Shown: positions 12,551 through 22,575 of the stretch, in pieces
How the letters are laid out: each line of letters starts with the position of its first letter
How positions within the stretch are numbered: position 1 is the stretch's first letter
Assembly (NCBI RefSeq): GCF_018977255.1
Contig: NW_024704742.1
Span: 55,430,001 to 55,494,000, forward strand
DNA: 64,000 nucleotides
From: Callorhinchus milii
Taxonomy: Eukaryota
Direction of reading: 5' to 3'
Position numbers and translations under genes: made by a program
The notes under the pieces: generated by a model
Seen by the model: only the letters and a program-made list of their open reading frames with translations
Database searches by the model: none
What the model was told of the DNA's origin: nothing

Positions 12551-13284
12551 TATTCTATTTTTATCTGAACATAACATAGACAAGAGTCTAAGAATCATCC
12601 TGATATCGCTGAACCATTTCCAATTCTTTAATGGTATTTTGAAGGTTAAGTACCTAATCTCGCATTTATTCAAAATGTAGTCTTTACAAGATTAAAATAT
12701 CATTCAACTTATAGTCAGTTGTTTCCAATTGATGATTTACATGAAGAACAGCAGCATTAGCATGAGTTAACAGCAACGGTAACATATTCATGTCCGATAA
12801 TAGAAAGGTTGCCACGCTTCTTACACATGTATTTATGAACATGACGGTTACTGAAGTGATGTAAGGAGTTTATGGTTTGAAATCATCCATGCTTATCAAC
12901 AATTTTACAGACCTCTCTAAAGAAGGGAGTCAATACTTCATATGTTCTCCACCTATGTCTTTCCAGGGGGGGAATAAGCAATGTAATATTTATGTGCTCA
13001 TGTGCTTTTGTGAAATTGATGATTATTCTTCATAACTTCTAAGCAAACAGAAATTTGTGTTTCTATGATTTTGTTCCATCAGGTTGTGAACTGCATAGCA
13101 ACAGGCATTATCATTGGCATAATCAATCCCTATTGTTACACAATGTGGAGATGTTAGAGCCCCAGTGGTATGATCCTACAGCTGTTCCTCATGTAAAACA
13201 ACGACTATTATTATGTGTTTTTAATGATTTTTTGACTTATCCTGACAGTATTGCTAAAGTTACCACTTCCAAGAAACTAATTAT

Positions 13285-13505
13285 CAAGCGAGAGGACCTG
13301 AGTTCGATTCCTGGCCAGGATGAAACGTTAGGCAAGTTTCCTTACTCCACACACCTGTTTTCCTAGCAGTAAGTAGGAACTCATTGTTAGTCGATTGGCA
13401 GATCGCTTTTCTGGGATAATAATACCTTCAAAAAAATAAGAATTTGGTTACTCAAAGACTGCTTGTGGAACACTGCTGTGTGCAAATGTAAGGATTATTA
13501 TTGTA
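13285..13505 (+). mobile_element. tRNA-Ala SINE long form, truncated and internally deleted
   Basis: caagcgagaggacctgagttcgattcctggcc...cctgttttcctagcagtaagtagg...tgctgtgtgc joined directly to aaatgtaaggattatt. Confidence 0.9.
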
Positions 13506-14824
13506 TAATTAAAAACACCAGATTGCTGATAACAACACAAGTATAAATACAAGTATTTATAAAGCGCCATAACTTACATATTTATAGTCACATAAATCCT
13601 TCACATAGGATAGTTGATACCTATTATTTCTTCAACTGGTAAAATTCCTCTTTCTACTTCTAACAATAAAAAGACATGGGTGGCATGATTCCAGACTGTT
13701 CTCCATCCAAGAGATTAGACGCAGCAGCACCAACCTTGCCCTGCCTCTCCTGGTAAGAGAATAAATAATTGAATAACACATACAGTATCCTTTATACATA
13801 GGCTGTGGTACTTGAAAGCATTGCCCAGCTCAAAAGGCTCAGTGAATATTGAGTTTTGCTACAGGTCATACCTAGATTTAGTGAGGGTTTTCAAAGAGGA
13901 ACATTTCAAAGTATGATTCCAGAAATGAAAGAAGTGATTATCTAGATGGGAATCATAATGAAGGATATGGGAATAAGCATAGGCAGGGTTGCACAAATAC
14001 TTTGTGGTATATGTTTTTTCAGTATGGCTGGGGGCATGAGTCGAAGATGGTGAATGTTATTTTGAAAGGAACAGAGCTAGTTTTGAAATGTGGTGATGCA
14101 GATGCAGGAGAACATTCTTTGTTTTTTGTTTGATTTACCTTTAGATTTCAGGGAGTTGCGATTTAGAGCATTTGCCTGGGACATAGAGTAGGTGGGGTGA
14201 AGTCCAAGACAGGCCAGTTTTTGGTATGGAAAAGGAATGAGATTTATGGAGTTTATTGCCTTTCATATTTCATCCTTTCTAATGTTTCTTATTTTCAGAG
14301 CACTAATCCTGGAAGAAGTCATGAGATACCATAAATCTAGTAATTTTGTAATAATGTGGTGATAATTTCAATCATGAGTACCCCATTCAGTTTCCCGTGG
14401 GATTTCTTTCACCTCATGTTTGCTAAATAAGAATATAAATTTGCTTGTCAGTTTAACATCCATTCAATTTATAACAGTATAAGTTCCCTTTCCTCAATTA
14501 AATTTAATGAATGTAGTAAAATCAGTGTCTCAGCACCACTTCCTGACGTGAAAGGTGGTATACAAATATAATTTGTTGTTGTATCTTAAAAATATGTTGA
14601 CATGGGCCAATTCATCGATCGTTCTTTGCATTTCCTGTGGCATGAGATACATTCGAAAATATTTTGGGGGACTTTGAAATTGGTTAATTCATGTTTTAAA
14701 ACATAGATAGAGACATGAACAAAAGGACATTTGTGGAAAACAGAAATAAATATTAAAACAGAAATGTTGGAAATCGACAGCAGGTCAATCATCATCTGAA
14801 AGAGAAAAACAGATCAATTCTGTG

Positions 14825-15184
14825 GGACCATGCCATTCTCCTCGCCTGCCTCTCCTCACTCATCCACCTCAATGGGACTGCACTCAGCTGGTTCAGGTCC
14901 TACTTGACCCACTCTTCAACATTGTCTCATCAAATGGTTTCTCCTCCTGATCCCGCATGGTTAATGTGGTGTATTTTCACCCACAAAATATACAGTCAAT
15001 TCGCTTTACAGTATATTCTGTGAAGCGCTTTTAGATGTCTCAAGGGCGTGATAAGGAGCTATGTCAAATGCAAGGATTATTATTATTATTACCCCAAGGC
15101 TCTCTCCTTGATCCCTCCTTTTTCTAATTTACATGCTTCCTCTTGATAACATTTGCAGACATGGGGTCAACTTCCACATGTACG
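14825..15184 (+). mobile_element. L2 RT fragment with SINE tail (14973-15090) inserted in the GVPQGS motif
   Basis: DHAILL..GTALSWFRSYL..CGV|PQGSLL..RHGVNFHMY. Confidence 0.85.
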
Positions 15185-15599
15185 TACGGATATAAAAGGC
15201 AACCATTAGTATTCTATGCTAACACTGGGTGTACAATGGAAAGCTACTTTGTTTCCCAGGACTAAAACCACTCACCTTCCTTGATGAGTACAAAATTCAT
15301 CAAGAATATTTTTTATATATCAAAGGAACTTAGACTTGGGTAGACTTTGCCTCAAAGGAACTTCAGAGTTTTAAAGTGAAAGCTTTGATCTTATCAGTTC
15401 TAAACTGACCTGACCTGACATTGGTTGAGTAATTTTAATTTATTGACTCAGATCTGCACTCGTTCTTACCCAACCCACTTTGATGGCTGATTGAAAACAT
15501 TTGATGTTCATATAAATACGTATTTATTTTTCTATTTTATTTTCTGTGATTTATCTGCTTTTAGTTAATGGAACAAAATGTACTGTTGTTTCAGAACTG

Positions 15600-15930
15600 C
15601 TGATCCAGAAAAATATTTGAGAACCACAATCTTGAATGTCTGCCTGTATATTGCTGCACAGAAGTTCCTTTCCAGTCATCTTTATTTGCGGCTGGAGACC
15701 AAGTTCACAGAATTATTTAGCAACAGGATGTTTAATTGTTTGGATCCGATAAAGATTCCTTAAAGTTGTGTGGGGACAGGGGGGGCTGGTGAAAGGGAAT
15801 TTGATCAAAAGTGTAAGTATCCAATATGGAGAATAGATGGAGATAAATTATACCTGGGTCTAGATTTACTATATAGCGGTTTAGAGGATTCAGAGTTTGG
15901 CAAATTTTGGAATTCCATCTTAATTTTGAA
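15600..15930 (+). mobile_element. Possible ancient L1 ORF2 3' relic
   Basis: ORF 15770-16003 WRIDGDKLYLG...SEFGKFWNSIL resembles the fish L1 terminus FxKxWxPF. Confidence 0.35.
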
Positions 15931-16189
15931 GTCTCTTTCCTGCTATAATAATCCATGCATTTTGATAGTTGATATTTGCATTTCAGAATTTGCCAAGTTC
16001 TAGTTGCTTATGCTACACGAATAGAGTAAATCTTCCATATACAATGGCTTTTTGTTTGAGTTGGGGTGGGAGGTGAAATCTGGTTAGCTGGCAATCTGGC
16101 ACATGTGGAAACCCATCACCATGCTTTGAAGCACCCAAACCAAACTGAGAGTTCCATGTATCCCACCAAACATGGAAATTCGTGAGAGT

Positions 16190-16545
16190 ATTAGGTAGAG
16201 GTTGGCAAGAGCTAAGGTTTGGGGATCCCAGATTGTGCGTTGAGGTAATGCTGGAGTCAATCCAGCTAAAATCGCATAACTTGCCATTGCCAGTAGTACC
16301 TAGTAAACTGTCTCACTGCTTGTCCAGCTCGGACCACCCTATGCATTAGGGCATTGGCTTGCAGGGTTAACAAGAGCTTTGGGAATGGTCTGCCCTTCCA
16401 GGTCCTACTGATGAATCAGGCTGTCATCAGCAGTGCCCTGGAATACTGTGGACCCACCTGGCTCAGGAGCTGAACTACAGAGACTGCCCTAGGGGGTGGG
16501 CTTGATTCTGGTATCGAGCCTACCCTCAGCTCCAAGGAGACCCTG
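16190..16545 (+). repeat. Unclassified interspersed repeat, copy A
   Basis: shares several 12-35 bp blocks in the same order with 51600-52160, 61650-61830 and minus-strand 58320-58650. Confidence 0.75.
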
Positions 16546-16714
16546 CTTATCACCCCCACCAACCCCAGGAAAATAGTATAGCTTTTTGTGGGTCCTTGCT
16601 GTTCCCAAATTGATTAATCATAAGTGTTATATCAAATACAAGATTATTAAAGATTATATTTCTGGGCAGAAACTGAATTGATTTGTATCTGCAGTGTTTA
16701 TTCTGTAAATCAAT

Positions 16715-17006
16715 GTGGAGTCCTATAGCTCAGTCGTTAGAGCACTCGCCTCGCAAACGAGAAACCTAGGTTCGATTCCCGACAGGGCCAAACCTTGGGC
16801 AAGTTTCCACACGCCTGATAATAATCCCTCAAGGAAATAAATAAACAAAAAAAAAAAATTTGGTGACTCAATCCATGGGTCACTGCTGTGCGCAATTGCG
16901 TTTTGCCCACAAGTATAGTCAATTCACTTTACAGTATGTGAAGTGCTTTGAGACGTCTAGAAGATGTGAAAAGTGCTATATCAAATGCAAGGATTATTAT
17001 TATTAT
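16715..17006 (+). mobile_element. tRNA-Ala SINE, short form, full length
   Basis: gtggagtcctatagctcagtcgttagagc...ggttcgattccc; lacks the central module; tail gagacgtctagaagatgtgaaaagtgct, (ATT)n. Confidence 0.95.
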
Positions 17007-17049
17007 GATGATGAAAGCCCCTCTGTATCTCAATGTATCTGTGGCTGGG

Positions 17050-17400
17050 CTCTAGTGCTCTTTAGTTGGGGATAGTATTGCTCAACTATTATTGATTTTT
17101 GAAACACTGCAATTGGTGCAGAAGAGTATAAACTGGACATTTTCTTTTTAGCTCACTTGGAGCTTTCATCCATCTGCTAAAACTTTTTCTAATGTTTTCT
17201 AATGTTTCCAGCCATTGCCTGATGAAGAAAGTATGGTAACAATTTTTTATATAATTTTCGTGCCCTGAATATTGGCCTTGACCTATTTCTGCAAAAATCA
17301 CTTGATGAATACCGCAAAAATCAGCAAATTCTTCTCGCAATTGCTTTAATAAAAATGTTTTAAATCACCTAAGTGGAATGATAAATGCTTTGAGAAAAAG
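17050..17400 (-). mobile_element. Ancient L1 ORF2 relic (RT C-terminal part)
   Basis: LREEFADFCG (cf. LxxFxxxSG) then LENIRKSFSRWMKAPSEL (cf. KIKxDLxRWxxLPLSL). Confidence 0.55.
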
Positions 17401-17664
17401 AGTTTCAGAGCTTTTTGTTAGAACATTTTGTTCAATCAAGCAATGATGCAGCAAAAGCATAGATTACACCTAGATACAGAAAAAATGTCTCAACATAACT
17501 TCACAGACATTGAGCTCAATGGGTACATTATTTCACAGTGTGAAGTATAATAATGTGATTAAATTCACAGGACAGTTAAAATGTTGAATAATTGTAAACT
17601 GTAGAGTTACCATGGGTCAAACCATAGTAATTCCTAAGAGTTATTTAAGAAACTAAGTCAATAG

Positions 17665-18300
17665 TAACAACAATCTACATTTATATAGCACTTTTCAGCA
17701 TTCATGTGATGCTGTGCAACGTGAAAACTGGGAGGCATCTCAAAGTCTTGATTAAGAGCTGAGCTGGGGGGGGGGGAGACGGATGGCTAAAAATGTCGTC
17801 GAAGAGATAGGTTTTAAAATAGATTTTGAAGGTGGAGAGGAAGGGGGCAAGTTTGAGAGAGTTCAAATGAATGAGGGCAGAGTGACTGGGGTCATAATGG
17901 TAGGGCATAGTGAGCCAGGGAGGCGAAGCAGCCCAGTGTTTAGTGAGCAGAGGGAACCGCTGAAGAGGAGGATTGCAGAAGATTACAAAGGTAGAATAGG
18001 GTGAGGCATTTGAGAGTAAGGACGAGATGGGAAGCTAGTGGAGCCAAGTGAGGATGGTGGCCACTGGGTCATGGTCTCACTGAGCGTGTGCAGAAGAGAG
18101 CATGTGCTGCAGCTTGTGTAACAAGGAGTTGGGGAATCCAACGAACAAGGTGTAGAGTCAGAGTAGTGAGGCTACAGGTGATCAAAGTGTGGATGCCCGT
18201 CTTAAGAGCTGGGAGTGGTGGGGGGTGGTGGAAGGGGATGGGGGGAGTAGTGGCAGCGGCAGGTAATGTTGATTCTGTGGAAGTGGGATGAGAAACTGTT
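17665..18300 (-). mobile_element. Old L2 3' fragment
   Basis: (CAA)n tail, FKIYFKTYLFD, and IHTLITCSL (cf. IHAFITSRL). Confidence 0.7.
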
Positions 18301-18399
18301 GGATGAATGAAAACTATTAGTGTATTGTTAGTATTGGAATCATAGAGGCAAATTTGCATTATTTTATGACAGATTTCATGTGATAGTTATTATAATCCT

Positions 18400-18795
18400 A
18401 ATAATTATAATACTTGCATTTGATATAGCTCTTTTAACATTGGGAGAACATTGCAAACTGCTTCACAGGATTTATTGTAAAGTGTAGTTACCTTGTGTCT
18501 TACAGGTGAACATGGCACCGAATTTGCACACGATAATGTCCTACAAACAGTCATGAAGGGATGACCGATTTTGTTTGAGGGATTTGTCCAGAAAACCTGG
18601 AGAAACTCCCTTTTCTTCTAAAATAGTGCCATGGGATCTTTAACATCCACCTGAATAGGCAGACAGGAGCTCAGTTTAACATCTCATCTCAGGGACGGCA
18701 CCTCCAACAATGCAGCTCACCTCCACTCATTGGAGTGTCAGCCTAAACTATGTGAGTTCAAAGTCCTGATGTGGAGCAAGGGTGCTACCAAATGA
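18400..18795 (-). mobile_element. Deu-domain SINE, near full length
   Basis: tail, aatagtgccatgggatctttaacatccacctgaataggcagac...catctcatctcagggacggcacctcc, ggagtgtcagcc, gtgctacc. Confidence 0.9.
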
Positions 18796-19194
18796 GAAGG
18801 ATTCCTGTCTCTGTTTCTGCAAAGTTCAGTAAATACTTTTTTGCATGTCTCAGATTAGAGTGAAATTAATACTGAGATTGCTTTTCAAATATTAGATGAT
18901 ATTGATGGGGCCTGAATGGGACAATAGTGATACAGCAATTCTGTTGATACCTTTGCGGCTGCTCTATGTTGAAAGCTACTTTTTTTCCTCAAATTGCACA
19001 AAATGTGACATTCTTATCAGGAATTGCAAGTAGCAGTTCCAGGTTGCAAATGGTGATTTCTTCTGGTGACCGAAACTGTGTCACTCCAACCTCTGGGAAC
19101 TCTACCCTGCAGGTAGATTGCATTGAGGGAAGTTCTCACAGTTCAACCTGATGTACATTTCGTTGGAAGCAGTAGGAGTTCCAATTTGCAATCA

Positions 19195-19385
19195 GAATTT
19201 GCAGGGGTATGGTGAAAACAACAACAACAACAAATATCCATTTATATAGCCCCTTTCATGTCAGGAGGATGTCCCAAGGTGCTTGGAAAGGCAGGTAAAT
19301 GGGACTAAAAGGGAACTTTCAAAGAGCCAGGACAAATATATGCTGAGTGACCTTCTTCTGTCCTGTAAAGTTCTATGGTTCTATT
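19195..19385 (+). mobile_element. CR1 3' tail interrupted by minus-strand L2 tail (19217-19287)
   Basis: tttgcaggggtatggtgaaa|...|aggcaggtaaatgggact...ccttcttctgtcctgtaaagttctatg. Confidence 0.7.
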
Positions 19386-19903
19386 GAATCAATATGTGTG
19401 ACTCCTTTTTTGTAAATTATATAGGTTTTAGTTGTTTTTTATATGCCACCTCACCATTATTATTTTTAAAATGAAAGAGAATACATGTGCTTATTGTAAA
19501 TATGATAGCTTCAGCAGGATTGGGGTGTAATTTAGACAACTAAATTGTCTCCGACTCAGCAAGTCACTGCAACCAAAGGTATCTAAAACTCACCTAAAAC
19601 GAGTCAATATTTCATTACATTTCTTATCAATTTGCAACACATTTTGCTTCAGATGATGAAACCACTAAAAGTAAAGAATACACAAATAAATCAATTAAAC
19701 AGGAGTGTTGGGTAACATTTCTGACATTCTTTAACTTGTTCCTTAAAATAGTGCCAATCCCTGCAATCAGAGATGTTTGTGTGAATTTAGCATTCGTAGC
19801 TCACACAAAACCTGTTGTAATATCATAACTGGCCACTCGTGGCAGTGTCCTGCACTCTTTTTCTCCTCTCCCTCTTCTCTACCTCCACTCCACAAGATCA
19901 TAT

Positions 19904-20266
19904 TAATAATCCTTGCATTTGATATTGCGCTTTATCACATCTTCTCATCGTCTCAAAGCGCTTCACAAAATATACTGTAAAGTGAATTGACTGTATATTT
20001 TGTGGGCGAAATGTGGCAGCCAATTGCACACAGCAGTGTCCCACAAACAATCATGGATTGAGTGACCAATTTCTTTTGTTGAAGGGATTATTATCCCCGG
20101 AAAGTGATCTACCAATTGACTAACAACCAGGTTCCTACTTACTGCTAGGTAAACAGGGTCATGTGGAGTAAAGAAACTTGCCCAACATTTCCCTGTCTCT
20201 GGGAATCGAACCCAGGTCCTCTCGATTGCGAGACAAGTGCTCTAACCACTGAGCTATATGACTCCC
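19904..20266 (-). mobile_element. tRNA-Ala SINE, long form, full length
   Basis: complete reverse-complement copy from (AAT)n tail to ctctaaccactgagctatatgactcc. Confidence 0.95.
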
Positions 20267-21544
20267 AGAGTTTTGAATGAAGAATCCCTTTGGGCCATTT
20301 CATCTCATCCTTCCAGGATATCTTTCCTACAGTCTTCCCATTACAGCATTAGACAGTCCTTTAAAATCACCAGATGTTCCTGAGTTGATTGTTAAAAAGG
20401 AATGACTATCTATGAGATGGTGAAGTCATATGAACTGGTTTTAAGATAGAGGATTTCTTGCCAGATTCTGTGTAACGAACTCACAGATTCAAATCCTTTC
20501 GATTATTGGAGCAGTTCAACATGTGTCATTTGCATGTGCAACGATCCTTTTGCCCAAGCTGCACCTGAGATTCTTTCCCTGGATTGCAAATTGAATAGCC
20601 TGAGGACAAAATCCACACAAAATCTATAGTTTCTGTTTCAAACACAGCAGCATTTTTGATAAAAATGCAATTGGGCTTTCTGCTTCCATAACTGTGGTTT
20701 TTGGAAATGTAAATGTTATTTTCATTACCACATCAGCCCCTGGGCCACCTCAACTGAGCTGGTGAGGTTTAGGAGCCACACTAATTTTTCCTCAGGCTGT
20801 TGCTATTCATCACCTATTTATAGTTACATAATATATATAACCCTCTGCAGCAATTGCAGTTAAATAGATACAGTAGTGCAGTTTTAGTAACACTAATAAG
20901 GGACCATTGCTTCTCTAATATTGGTTAAGTACTGCCTTGCAGCAAAGTTTTTATTGGTTGTTGGTGACTTTATGTCCAGATGTAATACTGGAATATATAC
21001 AAACTCATTGTATTGGTTTTTGCAAAGGTCTACTCCATGTTAAACCTTCAATATATTACAATTATTAATCTTTTGTTATCTATACTGGGGTTTGAACTTC
21101 CATAATAATGGCAGCAAAAGAGGATTACACTTGGAGCTCAATAGTTGCATTTTTGGGTGTTCAATGTCAGTGGTTCAGTAATGTGTAAATGTAAAGAAAA
21201 TCTTGCTTCTGCCAGCAGGCAGCAGACACTGCCACAATACATGGTTCTGATTCTTGTTTCCAATAATAGCACTACCTTTGGAGGCAGTATAAGTGCAAAG
21301 TGACTCACCAGTGGAATGAGGCAGCCAGTGTTCATGGCTATAACAACGACGACTTGCATTTATATAGTGCCATTCACAGAGGATAGTGTCACTGTTAGAT
21401 TGAGTGGCTACAGCACTTCCATCTGTCTCCAAGTCAATATTGTTGGCCAGCATAAACCTTCCATAGCTTATAAGTATGTTATTGATTTGTTATTGCTTCT
21501 TGAGAAAAGTGTCACACTAAAGAAGGGAACAAAAATGATAAAAA

Positions 21545-21875
21545 GACTAATCCTTGCATTTGATATTGGGCCCATAACTTCTCAGAGCCCATAATAGAGC
21601 TTCAGTGTTTCTGTGAAGTGTAGTGACTGTGTATTTGTAGGCAAACACATCAAATTAATCGGGGAATTGTTGGACAGAACACTGGGAGAAACTCTCTTCT
21701 CTTTCCGAATAGTGTCATTTGGAAAGAGAAGAGAGTTTCTCCCAGTGTCCTAGGAGAACTGGGAGGACACTAGGAGGAACTCAGTTTGACAAGTCATCTG
21801 AAGAACAACACCTCTAATAATACCAAACACCCCCAGAATTGCATTGGAACGTCAGACTAGACTATATGAATTCAA
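21545..21875 (-). mobile_element. Deu-domain SINE carrying an internal fold-back hairpin
   Basis: tail at 21548, Deu segment acactgggagaaactc..., resumes ctcagtttgacaagtcatctgaaga. Confidence 0.75.
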
Positions 21876-21880
21876 AGTTT

Positions 21881-22575
21881 CAACAACAACAACAACAACT
21901 TGCATTTATATAGCTCTCATCCAGCACTTGATGTGTGACAGACATTCTATCAGGACAGCAGTGCTCCTTGAGTCAAGGGTGGAGGCAGAGAGGTACAGTT
22001 GGGTGTCATCCATATACATGTGGAAGTTGACTCCATGTCTGTGGATGATGTCACCAAGAGGGAGGATGTAGATGGACCAAGGACAGAGCCACGAGGAATG
22101 CCATACGAGACAGTGTTGGGGCTGGAGGAGAAGCTCTTTGTGGAGACAAAGTGGAATTGGTGTGAAAGGTAGGATCTGAAACAGTCAAAGACAGATCCAT
22201 GAAGGTTGAGGTGAGTGGGGAGCCAGTGGAGGAGGATAGAGTGGTCAATGGAGTCAAAGACAGCAGAGCGGTCAAGGAGGATGAGGAGGCAGAGAGAGCC
22301 CTCATCACAGATTGACTAAATGTCATTTGTCACTTTAACCAGGGCTGTTTCTGTGCTGTGGATGGTACGGAAACCCGATTGAGAGGGTTCATAGAGGGAG
22401 TGGCGGGAGAGGAAGGAGCAAAGCTGGGAAACAACGACTCATTCCAGGACCTTGGAAAGAAAAGGGAGGTTGGAGATGCAGTTGAGAGCAGGATGGGTCC
22501 AGGAAAGGTTTTTTGAGGATAGTATTTATGACAGCTGTTTTATCAGGGGGTGGGAACGGTGCCAGTGGACAACTC
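21881..22575 (-). mobile_element. L2 RT fragment plus L2 tail remnant
   Basis: SNLPFLSKVLE..SQL..LYEPSQSGF..STETALVKVTNDI..DIIHRHGVNFHMYMDDTQLY on the minus strand. Confidence 0.9.

Noticed and set aside
14745..14825. Penelope-like terminal remnant (aaaacagaaatgttggaaatcgacagcaggtcaatcatcatctg) with possible hammerhead
   Set aside because: Resemblance is from memory, short and decayed; it is cut by an L2 fragment and no ribozyme core is present
7290..15845. Identical peptide PIWRID at 7300(-) and 15821(+)
   Set aside because: Only six residues; the flanks do not align, so probably chance
16400..16435. CTGATGA as a hammerhead ribozyme core
   Set aside because: No GAAA or stem III follows; it pairs with tcatcag locally and is not conserved in the other family copies
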